IMG/VR virus record: IMGVR_UViG_2872192773_000007
Source: a virus
Taxonomy: Duplodnaviria; Heunggongvirae; Uroviricota; Caudoviricetes
Strand: one strand, 5' to 3'
DNA: 42,812 nucleotides
Shown here: in pieces, positions 9,477-19,054 of the stretch
How the letters are laid out: each line of letters starts with the position of its first letter
Numbering within the stretch: the stretch's first letter is position 1
Program-made: the position numbers and the translations under genes
The notes under the pieces: model-generated
Database searches by the model: none
Told to the model about the DNA's origin: nothing
The model's input: only the letters and a program-made list of their open reading frames with translations

Positions 9477-10076
9477 ATGGCGCATATACAACTGGTCAAA
9501 CAAACCTCTTCCGGATTACTTCTCCCGGCGACGCCGGAGAGTTGCGATTTTTTGCATCAAATCAAAATAGGTGAGTGGATACACGCAGACTTTAAGCGTG
9601 TGCGTAACTACGCATTCCACAAGCGTTTTTTCAAACTCCTGCAACTGGGATTTGATTACTGGACTCCGGTCGGTGGGGCGATCACGCCTCGCGAACGAAA
9701 ACTGGTATCAGGCTTCGTTGATTACCTGTGCGAATCAGTAGGTCGGGAACACACTCCAGCCCTGAGTGATGCCGCAGAGCAATACCTTAATACAGTTGCG
9801 ACATGCAGAACCCGGGATACGGCATTGCTAAAGTCGTTTGACGCTTTCCGCGAGTGGGTAACCATTCAGGCCGGATTTTACACCGAGCATATTTATCCTG
9901 ATGGTAGTCGTGGGCGCAGGGCAAAATCTATCGCATTTGCGAACATGGACGAAACCGAGTTTCAGCAGGTTTATAAATCTGTACTGAATGTGCTGTGGAA
10001 CTGGATCCTGTTCCGTAAATTTTCCTCTCCGGAGGAAGTCGAAAATGTGGCCGCGCAGTTACTGGAGTTTGCGTAA
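9477..10076 (+). CDS. DUF1367-type lambdoid nin-region protein
   Basis: 199-aa ORF with RBS GGAGA. Its position directly upstream of the ybcO-like gene and Q, together with the sequence, fits the YdfU/DUF1367 family (from memory). Confidence 0.6.
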   Translation: MAHIQLVKQTSSGLLLPATPESCDFLHQIKIGEWIHADFKRVRNYAFHKRFFKLLQLGFDYWTPVGGAITPRERKLVSGFVDYLCESVGREHTPALSDAAEQYLNTVATCRTRDTALLKSFDAFREWVTIQAGFYTEHIYPDGSRGRRAKSIAFANMDETEFQQVYKSVLNVLWNWILFRKFSSPEEVENVAAQLLEFA

Positions 10077-10366
10077 TGGTGGATTTACGTAAAGCGGCGC
10101 GGGGGCAGATGTGCACCGTCAGAATTCCTGGCTACTGCAATCACAATCCCGAAACTTCTGTGCTGGCGCATTACAGGCTGGCGGGGACGTGCGGAACAGC
10201 GACAAAACCACACGATATGCAGGCAGCGATTGCCTGTAGCTCATGCCACGATTTAATCGACGGGCGGGTAAAAACCAGCGATTACACCAAAGAAGAATTA
10301 CGCCTGATGCATGCAGAAGGTGTTTTTCGCACACAAGAAATCTGGAGAAAGGAAGGTTATTTATGA
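10076..10366 (+). CDS. YbcO-like protein (DUF1364, putative nuclease)
   Basis: 96 aa: MVDLRKAARGQMCTVRIPGYCNHNPETSVLAHYRLAG.CGT.TKP. This closely parallels DLP12 YbcO as I recall it. Confidence 0.75.
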   Translation: MVDLRKAARGQMCTVRIPGYCNHNPETSVLAHYRLAGTCGTATKPHDMQAAIACSSCHDLIDGRVKTSDYTKEELRLMHAEGVFRTQEIWRKEGYL

Positions 10367-10917
10367 TTTACCCAACAAATACAGGCAAAAGCGGGGAACA
10401 CCTTCGTCTCACCACGCTGGAAAGTGTCTGGATTCAGGGAAAACTGCGCATGTGGGGGCGCTGGTCGTATATTGGCGGCGGTAAGACGGGAAATATGTTT
10501 AACCAGTTGCTGGCATCCAAAAAATTGACGAAAACAGCCGTCAATGAAGCCCTGCGCAGGATGAAAAAAGCGGGAATAGAGAAACCTGAGCTGGAAGCGT
10601 TTTTGCGAGAGATGATCAATGGCAAGCAAAAGACCTGGCTGGCGCATTGTACTGATGCAGAGGCGTTATGTATTGATAGAGTCATAAGTGAGGTGCTGGC
10701 AGAGCATCCTGGATTGATTAGTGTCCTCCGGCAACGGTATGAAGGGCGGGGGATGACTAAGCGTAAAATGGCTGAATTGCTGAATGACGCACACCCTGAG
10801 TGGTGTTTCCGGACGTGCTGCAGTCGGGTAGATGTATGGCTAAATCTTGCTGAATATATGCTCTATCTACCGATGCGTGATGCATTCTCTTCCGGGGATC
10901 TAAAAACCGTTTGTTGA
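10363..10917 (+). CDS. Late-gene antiterminator Q-like protein (DUF1133 type)
   Basis: 184 aa from ATG 10363, with an ATGA overlap with the previous gene. It contains the motif KLRMWGRWS and is followed by a promoter plus short-transcript terminator, the classic Q/PR'/tR' layout. Confidence 0.7.
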   Translation: MIYPTNTGKSGEHLRLTTLESVWIQGKLRMWGRWSYIGGGKTGNMFNQLLASKKLTKTAVNEALRRMKKAGIEKPELEAFLREMINGKQKTWLAHCTDAEALCIDRVISEVLAEHPGLISVLRQRYEGRGMTKRKMAELLNDAHPEWCFRTCCSRVDVWLNLAEYMLYLPMRDAFSSGDLKTVC

Positions 10918-10943
10918 CTCAATCTGTTATCCGGGGCTATATT
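10914..10943 (+). promoter_or_regulatory. Candidate late promoter (PR'-like)
   Basis: TTGACT (10914-10919), 18-bp spacer, TATATT (10938-10943). It overlaps the Q stop codon, and hairpins follow at 10951-10968. Confidence 0.55.
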
Positions 10944-11000
10944 CCTCACGCGCCAGCAAAATCTGGCGTCGGGATTGGCGTCCCGGATGTTTACGGAGCG

Positions 11001-11031
11001 ATATGAGACGCGCCCGCGTCTTTTTTCATAT
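11001..11031 (+). terminator. Rho-independent terminator (tR'-like, Q target)
   Basis: GAGACGCG-CCC-GCGTCTTTTTT, about 65 nt downstream of the candidate late promoter. Confidence 0.75.
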
Positions 11032-11304
11032 CGTTTGCACAGTCACATTCGCGATTTATGGCGGGCTGTGTGGGGGAGCCGAAAGGCTCGCCGGTTTCCG
11101 TACCCGGTTACGCCAACCCTGCACAGTTCGCCACCAGTTCGATTGGCGTCGTCGGTGGCGATAATTTCCAAATGTACGGAGTTATCGTTATGACCACTCA
11201 AATCTCTGTTGAAACTCTCTCCCCGATCACCCATAACCAGTGAGGTAGCCTGAGTTTAACGGACACTCCTTCCTGAAATAGAATGGCATCAGAAGGAGCT
11301 AATA

Positions 11305-11607
11305 ATGAGCAGAAAAACCCAACGTTACTCTAAAGAGTTCAAAGCCGAAGCTGTCAGAACGGTTCTTGAAAATCAACTTTCGATCAGTGAAGGCGCTTCC
11401 CGATTATCTCTTCCTGAAGGCACTTTAGGACAATGGGTTACCGCCGCCAGAAAAGGGCTCGGTACTCCTGGTTCCCGCACGGTGGCTGAACTGGAATCTG
11501 AAATTCTGCAACTGCGTAAGGCGTTAAATGAAGCTCGCCTTGAGCGAGATATATTAAAAAAAGCAACAGCGTATTTTGCACAGGAGTCGCTGAAAAATAC
11601 GCGTTAA
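11305..11607 (+). CDS. IS600 OrfA
   Basis: 100-aa ORF. Confidence 0.95.
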   Translation: MSRKTQRYSKEFKAEAVRTVLENQLSISEGASRLSLPEGTLGQWVTAARKGLGTPGSRTVAELESEILQLRKALNEARLERDILKKATAYFAQESLKNTR

Positions 11608-11642
11608 TCGAACAATGGCGACAACAATTTCCCATTGAAGCG

Positions 11643-12461
11643 ATGTGTCAGGTATTTGGTGTATCCAGGAGCGGTTATTACAACTGGGTACAGCATGAAC
11701 CCTCAGACAGAAAACAAAGTGATGAGCGGCTAAAACTGGAGATTAAGGTGGCACATATCCGCACTCGCGAAACATATGGAACCCGGCGGCTCCAGACGGA
11801 GCTGGCAGAGAATGGCATCATCGTTGGTCGTGACCGACTGGCACGTCTTCGTAAGGAGCTAAGGCTACGCTGTAAGCAGAAACGCAAGTTCAGAGCGACT
11901 ACGAACCCGAACCACAATCTGCCAGTTGCGCCAAATCTGCTGAACCAGACGTTCGCTCCTACAGCACCAAATCAGGTCTGGGTGGCGGACCTGACGTATG
12001 TTGCCACACAGGAGGGATGGTTGTACCTCGCTGGCATCAAAGATGTTTATACGTGTGAAATTGTCGGCTACGCCATGGGAGAGCGCATGACAAAAGAGCT
12101 GACAGGTAAAGCCCTGTTTATGGCGCTCAGGAGCCAGCGCCCACCTGCCGGGCTAATCCACCACTCTGATCGAGGTTCACAGTACTGCGCATACGATTAC
12201 CGGGTCATACAGGAGCAGTCTGGTCTGAAAACATCAATGTCGCGTAAAGGTAACTGTTACGACAACGCTCCGATGGAAAGCTTCTGGGGAACGCTGAAAA
12301 ATGAGAGCCTGAGCCACTATCGTTTTAATAACCGGGATGAAGCCATCTCAGTAATACGGGAATACATTGAGATTTTCTACAATCGTCAGCGTCGTCACTC
12401 TCGTCTGGGGAATATCTCCCCGGCAGCCTTCAGGGAAAAATATCATCAGATGGCTGCTTAA
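11643..12461 (+). CDS. IS600 OrfB transposase
   Basis: 272-aa ORF. Confidence 0.95.
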   Translation: MCQVFGVSRSGYYNWVQHEPSDRKQSDERLKLEIKVAHIRTRETYGTRRLQTELAENGIIVGRDRLARLRKELRLRCKQKRKFRATTNPNHNLPVAPNLLNQTFAPTAPNQVWVADLTYVATQEGWLYLAGIKDVYTCEIVGYAMGERMTKELTGKALFMALRSQRPPAGLIHHSDRGSQYCAYDYRVIQEQSGLKTSMSRKGNCYDNAPMESFWGTLKNESLSHYRFNNRDEAISVIREYIEIFYNRQRRHSRLGNISPAAFREKYHQMAA

Positions 12462-13107
12462 AAAAAGAACAAATGGTAGTGTCCGCTATTGCCAGTACAC
12501 CTCACAGATTCCTGTTATTACCACCGAACTTTTGGCGCAGCTTTACGGCACTGAGCCGGTGCGTATTCGCCAGAATCATCATGAGAACAAAGTACGCTTC
12601 GTTGAAGGGAAACACTTTTTCAAAGTTGTTGGTAATGACCTTAAAGAATTGCGGGTCGCTTTAAACTACTCACAAAATCCAGTTTCACCCAAAGCCCGCT
12701 CCCTCATCCTCTGGACAGAACGAGGCGCAGCACGCCACGGCAAAATGCTCGAAACCGATCAGGCGTGGGATGTGTTCGAAAAACTGGAAGACTGCTATTT
12801 CAGTCAAAGGGATCCGTCAACGCCAGTTTCATGCCAGAAAAGTTACGACACGCGAGTTCTCTGTTATCAGAGAGGCGGTGTCACTGTTTCCACAATTCAG
12901 TTACGGGATGATGATATTGTTATTTCCCTTGAGTCATGGCTGGAACTGGCGAGAGCCAATGGTTGGTTTGTTGTTCGCAGAGATAAACTGGTGGAAAGGT
13001 TGATGCAGCTTTAAAAAAGTTCTTGCATTTTTGCACATAAACTGCTTCAATTCCGGTAAGCTTCGCAAAGCTGTATCGCGAGGCGAATAGCAGACATGGA
13101 CACTTGA

Positions 13108-13134
13108 AAGAACCCGCTTTATGCGGGTTTTTTT
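13108..13134 (+). terminator. Rho-independent terminator
   Basis: AACCCGC-TTTAT-GCGGGTTTTTTT. Confidence 0.8.
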
Positions 13135-13222
13135 GTGCCTGAAAAATGGCACAGGGCGTTAAACGCGCTGGTGGTCAGATGAGTTTGCAGATGTGATGAC
13201 ATATGGTTATTATTCTGCCTCC

Positions 13223-13299
13223 GGCCCTTTAGCTCAGTTGGTCAGAGCGAGCGACTCATAATCGCCAGGTCGCTGGTTCAAGTCCAGCAAGGGCCACCA
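13223..13299 (+). tRNA. tRNA with anticodon CAU (ileX/ileZ-like Ile2, or Met)
   Basis: Cloverleaf: acceptor GGCCCTT/AAGGGCC, anticodon loop CTCATAA, T-arm GCTGG-TTCAAGT-CCAGC, terminal CCA. It resembles E. coli ileX as I recall it. Confidence 0.85.
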
Positions 13300-13300
13300 A

Positions 13301-13377
13301 CCACCACTAGCTCATCCGGATAGAGCATCAACCTTCTAAGTTGACGGTGCGAGGTTCGAGTCCTCGGTGGTGGGCCA
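13301..13377 (+). tRNA. tRNA-Arg (anticodon UCU)
   Basis: Acceptor CCACCAC/GTGGTGG, anticodon arm TCAAC-CTTCTAA-GTTGA, T-arm CGAGG-TTCGAGT-CCTCG, terminal GCCA. Confidence 0.85.
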
Positions 13378-13379
13378 GC

Positions 13380-13455
<76 letters not shown>

Positions 13456-13458
13456 TAT

Positions 13459-13533
<75 letters not shown>

Positions 13534-13647
13534 TGACCTTTCTTAAAGTACTCCAACCTACTGAATCCTAAGGGATACGGCTTTAAGCCTCCTTGCAGAG
13601 TTACTTACTGTAACCCACTGTGTAACCCTCTCAGGGCATACAGACAT

Positions 13648-13720
13648 ATGATTCAGCTATCCAGTAGTCACAAACTTCCAGCAGTCTACTATCTCTACCA
13701 GCGTAACGGCGTCTACTACT
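13648..13720 (+). pseudogene. Tyrosine recombinase (integrase), N-terminal 24 codons only
   Basis: ATG 13648 encodes MIQLSSSHKLPAVYYLYQRNGVYY, ending at the IS911 end. It lies 115 nt downstream of tRNA-Gly in the same orientation, the classic tRNA-int island layout. Confidence 0.6.
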
Positions 13721-13728
13721 TGAAGTGG

Positions 13729-14897
<1,169 letters not shown>

Positions 14898-14969
14898 TGG
14901 AGCACCTGTGTTGTTCTGAGGTGAGCATATCACCTCTGTTCAGGTGGCCAAATTCAGTGTGCCACTTCA

Positions 14970-15389
14970 CTACCCGGTAAGAGCATCAAGAACGCTCATA
15001 GTGACCGCTGTGTGCCTCTGGTCGATGGGGCCTATGGTTTTATATTGGCTGACTTTATGGCGCTTGTAGAGACCCGTAGAGGCGCTGACGGTGATGACGC
15101 TATGGTGTTCGATGGTCTGCGTCTCATGAAGAACGGTTACGGTGAGCAGGTGAGTAAATGGTTTAATCGGACGTTGTTGCCTAAAGTCCTCGTAGACCGT
15201 AGCGGCTTAGCGTTTCACTCGTTTAGACATACAGTTGCGACCCAGTTAAAACAACATGGGGTCGAGTTGGCGTATGCACAGGCGATCATGGGGCATAGTT
15301 CAGGGTCTATTACGTACGACCGTTATGCTAAAGAGGTCGAGGTTGATAGGCTGGTCAATGTGATGGCTGATGTTTATAAGGAGACCTAG
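14970..15389 (+). pseudogene. Tyrosine recombinase C-terminal catalytic domain (5'-deleted)
   Basis: The in-frame translation from 14970 is LPGKSIKNAHSDRCVPLV...LAFHSFRHTVATQL...GHSSGSITYDRY. This gives the R...HxxR...Y catalytic residues, while the core-binding domain is missing. Confidence 0.8.
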
Positions 15390-15477
15390 AGGAGACCATA
15401 GTCTAGGATGACACTTACTACAGACCTGTGTGGTCATGTTTTTGACTCATAGTTTTCTCTACTTATCAAGGGATAAT

Positions 15478-15500
15478 TAATACGACTCACTATAGGGAGA
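15478..15500 (+). promoter_or_regulatory. Exact consensus bacteriophage T7 RNA polymerase class III promoter
   Basis: TAATACGACTCACTATAGGGAGA is read directly at 15478-15500 and is preceded by AATT. The predicted +1 is G15495, with transcription towards the repeats and the Rha-like gene. Confidence 0.9.
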
Positions 15501-15697
15501 AGGGACACAAAAAGTTTTCTCTTCTAGGACAACTAACCGTAACTTATCGCATCCTTTCAGGGGCGGGATGACCAATTACAGACACCAAGCGTTCTACTTA
15601 AAGTGAATGCTTCCTGTGTGCTCTGGGTCAGTCGATAAGTGAATAGCAATAAGACACAATCATCTTAATTATGGTCTCTAGTCCCTACAGGGGCTTA

Positions 15698-15791
15698 ACT
15701 TAAAGTTAACTTAAAGACACAATTAAAGATTAACTTATAGTATTACTTAAAGTTAACTTAAAGACACAATTAGAGATTAACTTTAAGTATT
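15698..15791 (+). repeat. 47-bp tandem repeat x2 built from TTAAAG-type submotifs
   Basis: Unit 1 (15698-15744) is ACTTAAAGTTAACTTAAAGACACAATTAAAGATTAACTTATAGTATT. Unit 2 (15745-15791) differs at 3 positions. Confidence 0.9.
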
Positions 15792-15882
15792 AAATAAAAG
15801 ATTTAATTAAAGACCAATTAAAGATTAACTCTAAGGGAATACCTTAAGGGGTGATGATATTTATAATAATCAATCACCAAAC

Positions 15883-15935
15883 CTATAGGTCTTCTCTAGG
15901 GTCTCTCTATAGGTCTCTCTAGGGTCTCCTCTAGG
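15883..15935 (+). repeat. Array of about 11-bp CTCTA(T)AGGGTCT repeats
   Basis: The sequence reads CTATAGGTCTTCTCTAGGGTCTCTCTATAGGTCTCTCTAGGGTCTCCTCTAGG. Confidence 0.85.
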
Positions 15936-15954
15936 CATTACCCCCAGAAGCTAA

Positions 15955-15986
15955 CTCTATGGCCCTCTATGGTCCTCTATGGCCCT
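15955..15986 (+). repeat. 10-bp tandem repeat CTCTATGGCC x3
   Basis: CTCTATGGCC CTCTATGGTC CTCTATGGCC CT. Confidence 0.9.
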
Positions 15987-16031
15987 GTACGTCATTCTTT
16001 AGGATGCCCTGTAGTTTCGTATAGCCTGATG

Positions 16032-16070
16032 CCTAGAGAGACCCTAGAGTGGCTCCTAGAGAGACCCTCC
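16032..16070 (-). repeat. Inverted copies of the CTCTAGGGTCTC repeat
   Basis: CCTAGAGAGACCCTAGAG ... CCTAGAGAGACCCTCC is the reverse complement of the 15883-15935 units. The two sets form a dyad around the 10-bp triplet repeat. Confidence 0.85.
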
Positions 16071-16228
16071 CAGTAGCTCCGCACAGCTACATCGTCATCA
16101 TCATAGTATTCAATCTCAAAGTCATTCTGTTTGCATCCTGTTGTCCTGCTGGTCTCCCTTCGCTTGGGGACTTTGAGTAGGTCAGTGGGGGTGCGACTTC
16201 AGGGTGCAAACAAAAAGGAAATCAAGCG

Positions 16229-16393
16229 ATGTCTCAACAACCACAACAACCACAACAACCACAACAAGAAATCAGCATCATTAACCTCGACCAGCTTGTG
16301 TCCATGACCTCAGTTGAAATTGCTGAGCTGACAGGCAAGGAGCACCGAAATGTCCTTCGTGATATTCGTAAGATGCTCGAAGAACTTAACGCG
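16229..16393 (+). pseudogene. Rha-family phage regulatory protein, N-terminal 55 codons, truncated by IS1
   Basis: RBS AAGGAA, then MSQQPQQPQQPQQEISIINLDQLVSMTSVEIAELTGKEHRNVLRDIRKMLEEL. The segment TSxEIAELTGKxHxNVLRDIRxML is the Phage_pRha signature. IS1 starts at 16394. Confidence 0.7.
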
Positions 16394-16448
16394 GGTAATG
16401 CTGCCAACTTACTGATTTAGTGTATGATGGTGATTTTAAGGTGCTTGC

Positions 16449-16724
16449 GTGGCTTCCATTTCCATCAGATGTCCTTCCTGCTCCGCTACTGAAGGCGTGG
16501 TGCGTAACGGCAAAAGCACTGCCGGACATCAGCGCTATCTCTGCTCTCATTGCCGTAAAACATGGCAACTACAGTTCACTTACACCGCCTCTCAGCCCGG
16601 TACGCACCAGAAAATCATTGATATGGCCATGAATGGCGTCGGATGTCGCGCCAGTGCACGCATTATGGGCGTTGGCCTCAACACGGTTTTACGTCACTTA
16701 AAAAACTCAGGCCGCAGTCGGTAA
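16449..16724 (+). CDS. insA: IS1 InsA
   Basis: 91-aa ORF. Confidence 0.9.
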   Translation: MASISIRCPSCSATEGVVRNGKSTAGHQRYLCSHCRKTWQLQFTYTASQPGTHQKIIDMAMNGVGCRASARIMGVGLNTVLRHLKNSGRSR

Positions 16725-17146
16725 CCTCGCGCATACAACCGGGCAGTGATGTGATTGTCTGCGCTGAAATGGACGAACATTGGGGCTACGTCGGTGCTAA
16801 ATCACGTCAGCGCTGGCTGTTTTACGCGTATGACAGGATACGGAGGACGGTTGTGGCGCACGTCTTCGGTGAACGCACTCTGGCCACACTGGAGCGTCTT
16901 CTGAGCCTGCTGTCGGCCTTTGAGGTCGTGGTATGGATGACGGATGGCTGTCCGCTGTATGAATCACGCCTGAAGGGAAAGCTGCACGTTATCAGCAAGC
17001 GTTACACTCAGCGCATTGAGCGACATAATCTGAATCTGAGACAACATCTGGCAAGGCTGGTACGGAAGTCACTGTCGTTCTCAAAATCGGTGGAGCTGCA
17101 TGACAAGGTCATCGGGCATTATCTGAACATAAAACACTATCAGTAA
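16643..17146 (+). CDS. insB: IS1 InsB
   Basis: 167-aa ORF. Confidence 0.9.
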   Translation: MSRQCTHYGRWPQHGFTSLKKLRPQSVTSRIQPGSDVIVCAEMDEHWGYVGAKSRQRWLFYAYDRIRRTVVAHVFGERTLATLERLLSLLSAFEVVVWMTDGCPLYESRLKGKLHVISKRYTQRIERHNLNLRQHLARLVRKSLSFSKSVELHDKVIGHYLNIKHYQ

Positions 17147-17161
17147 GTTGGAGTCATTACC

Positions 17162-18110
17162 AAAAAAAGCAACAGCGTATTTTGCACAGGAGTCGCTGAA
17201 AAATACGCGTTAATCGAACAATGGCGACAACAATTTCCCATTGAAGCGATGTGTCAGGTATTTGGTGTATCCAGGAGCGGTTATTACAACTGGGTACAGC
17301 ATGAACCCTCAGACAGAAAACAAAGTGATGAGCGGCTAAAACTGGAGATTAAGGTGGCACATATCCGCACTCGCGAAACATATGGAACCCGGCGGCTCCA
17401 GACGGAGCTGGCAGAGAATGGCATCATCGTTGGTCGTGACCGACTGGCACGTCTTCGTAAGGAGCTGAGGCTACGCTGTAAGCAGAAACGCAAGTTCAGA
17501 GCGACTACGAACCCGAACCACAATCTGCCAGTTGCGCCAAATCTGCTGAACCAGACGTTCGCTCCTACAGCACCAAATCAGGTCTGGGTGGCGGACCTGA
17601 CGTATGTTGCCACACAGGAGGGATGGTTGTACCTCGCTGGCATCAAAGATGTTTATACGTGTGAAATTGTCGGCTACGCCATGGGAGAGCGCATGACAAA
17701 AGAGCTGACAGGTAAAGCCCTGTTTATGGCGCTCAGGAGCCAGCGCCCACCTGCCGGGCTAATCCACCACTCTGATCGAGGTTCACAGTACTGCGCATAC
17801 GATTACCGGGTCATACAGGAGCAGTCTGGTCTGAAAACATCAATGTCGCGTAAAGGTAACTGTTACGACAACGCTCCGATGGAAAGCTTCTGGGGAACGC
17901 TGAAAAATGAGAGCCTGAGCCACTATCGTTTTAATAACCGGGATGAAGCCATCTCAGTAATACGGGAATACATTGAGATTTTCTACAATCGTCAGCGTCG
18001 TCACTCTCGTCTGGGGAATATCTCCCCGGCAGCCTTCAGGGAAAAATATCATCAGATGGCTGCTTAAAAAAAGAACAAATGGTAGTGTCCGCTATTGCCA
18101 GTACACCTCA
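17162..18110 (+). mobile_element. IS600, 5'-truncated (corresponds to IS600 positions 316-1264)
   Basis: It starts inside the A7 run at the end of orfA and ends at the normal right IR (...GTACACCTCA). The left 315 bp is replaced by IS1. Confidence 0.9.
17249..18067 (+). CDS. IS600 OrfB (orphan, no OrfA)
   Basis: 272-aa ORF, intact, but without orfA or a frameshift partner. Confidence 0.8.
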   Translation: MCQVFGVSRSGYYNWVQHEPSDRKQSDERLKLEIKVAHIRTRETYGTRRLQTELAENGIIVGRDRLARLRKELRLRCKQKRKFRATTNPNHNLPVAPNLLNQTFAPTAPNQVWVADLTYVATQEGWLYLAGIKDVYTCEIVGYAMGERMTKELTGKALFMALRSQRPPAGLIHHSDRGSQYCAYDYRVIQEQSGLKTSMSRKGNCYDNAPMESFWGTLKNESLSHYRFNNRDEAISVIREYIEIFYNRQRRHSRLGNISPAAFREKYHQMAA

Positions 18111-18463
18111 GTAATCCATCCAGGCCTGTTGTTGCAGAGCTTGGCGATGATTCAGGCTGGCATTTTTTCAGCCAGAGAAACCCGGATAACAGCATAGTGT
18201 TCACTGTTAACGGACAGGTAATTCCGTTAAATTACGGAAACTTCGATGCCCGCTATAAATATCGAACAGAGGGGGTACAGGATGTACGGTATGGCCATGA
18301 AATGTATTACAGCCCCGGCAGTAACACCGTTTCGTGGAGATTTTGCGCACCTTCGGGACACGGGCTGTCAGGGATGGCGATATCGGATACCGGCCGTAAC
18401 TCAGCGGATAACGTTGACGGTGTGTATTACCGACCACTGCAAAAACTGATTAATGGCACCTAG
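18111..18463 (+). pseudogene. Phage tail-fibre protein, C-terminal fragment
   Basis: Past the IS600 end the frame reads ...AELGDDSGWHFFSQRNPDNSIVFTVNGQVIPLNYG...YYRPLQKLINGT*. The TAG at 18461 is followed in frame by YNVASI*, suggesting TGG>TAG. A tfa gene follows 3 nt later. Confidence 0.65.
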
Positions 18464-18485
18464 TATAACGTAGCGAGTATTTAAC

Positions 18486-19031
18486 AATGTTGCATTTAAA
18501 AAATATTACTACGGGTAATCCGAAAACAGCAGAACAATATCAGATGACAAAACGATATTCGGTCACCTGGCTTTTTTCAGAAGACGGAAAAAACTGGTAT
18601 GAAGAGCTGAAGAATTTCGCCAGGACACAATTAAAATAACTTACACCGGAGACGGTCGCGTGGTGTGGGTCGGTAAGGATGTGACAGGCATTGAACCCCG
18701 TAACGCCAGTGTTATTGAAGTTCCTGATATTACCGCCAACCGCCGCATTACCGCGCCGGGTTACTGGTTTTACCGCAATGATGAATTTGTCTTTGACTAC
18801 AGACTCAAAGCGGAAGATGAGCGTGATGCCCTTCTGGCTCAGGTCAGTGCCCGGACAGGGGAATGGGAAGAAGACCTGTTGCTGGGGCTAATCAGCGACG
18901 AAGACCGGGAAAAACTGAAAGCGTACCGCATTTACGCGAAATCGCTGCAGGCGATGGATTTCAGTGTCATCACTGATAAAACCTCATACAACGCCATTGA
19001 ATGGCCCGCTTCTCCGGAAATTTCTTCCTGA
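18486..19031 (+). pseudogene. Tail-fibre assembly protein (Tfa), frameshifted
   Basis: [19 protein letters not shown]...[11 protein letters not shown] stops at 18638. The homologous continuation, (Q)[20 protein letters not shown]...IEWPASPEISS, lies in another frame (ORF 18660..19031). Confidence 0.7.
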
Positions 19032-19054
19032 TTTAATTTATCGCGAGAAAAACT

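Larger units (their letters stand above)
11241..12504 (+). mobile_element. IS600, complete copy with 3-bp target duplication CAG
   Basis: 1264 bp. CAG is present at 11238-11240 and again at 12505-12507. Confidence 0.95.
11190..13014 (+). pseudogene. ORF6N/KilA-N-like DNA-binding phage protein, interrupted by IS600
   Basis: ATG 11190 (RBS GGAG) encodes MTTQISVETLSPITHNQ, then IS600 intervenes. The frame resumes at 12508 as IPVITTELLAQLYGTEPVRIRQNHHENKVRFVEGKHFF... and runs to 13014. The rebuilt protein is about 185 aa. Confidence 0.75.
16394..17161 (+). mobile_element. IS1, complete 768-bp copy, no target duplication
   Basis: It runs from GGTAATGCTGCCAACTTACTGAT to GGAGTCATTACC. The right flank is the interior of an IS600. 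Confidence 0.95.

Noticed and set aside
12367-12507. ORFs that start in the 3' end of IS600 orfB and read out of the element (12367-13014, 17973-18197, 30988-31497, 42186-42512)
   Set aside because: Their shared N-terminus, MRFSTIVSVVTLVWGISPRQ..., is an alternative frame of the IS600 end. The downstream parts are simply whatever the IS landed in (ORF6N gene, tail fibre, antisense recE, pphA). I report the native interrupted genes instead.
15478-15500. Possibility that the T7 promoter is cloning-vector contamination
   Set aside because: As far as I can recall, the flanks do not match the common vector contexts: pET phi10 has GGGAGACCACAACGG, and pBluescript/pGEM have GGGCGAATTGG. The promoter is also embedded in unique repeat-rich DNA that is itself bounded by an IS911-cut integrase and an IS1-cut rha gene. 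It still deserves a read-level check.
15698-16070. CRISPR array
   Set aside because: The repeats are contiguous tandem or inverted units of 10-47 bp with no unique spacers of regular length. There is no cas gene in the window, and no leader-repeat-spacer periodicity.
16124-16142. T7 class II pause/termination signal (ATCTGTT) expected in a true concatemer junction
   Set aside because: Only near matches are present in the module: ATTCTGTT at 16124-16131 and ATCCTGTT at 16135-16142. There is no exact ATCTGTT, so I do not claim one.
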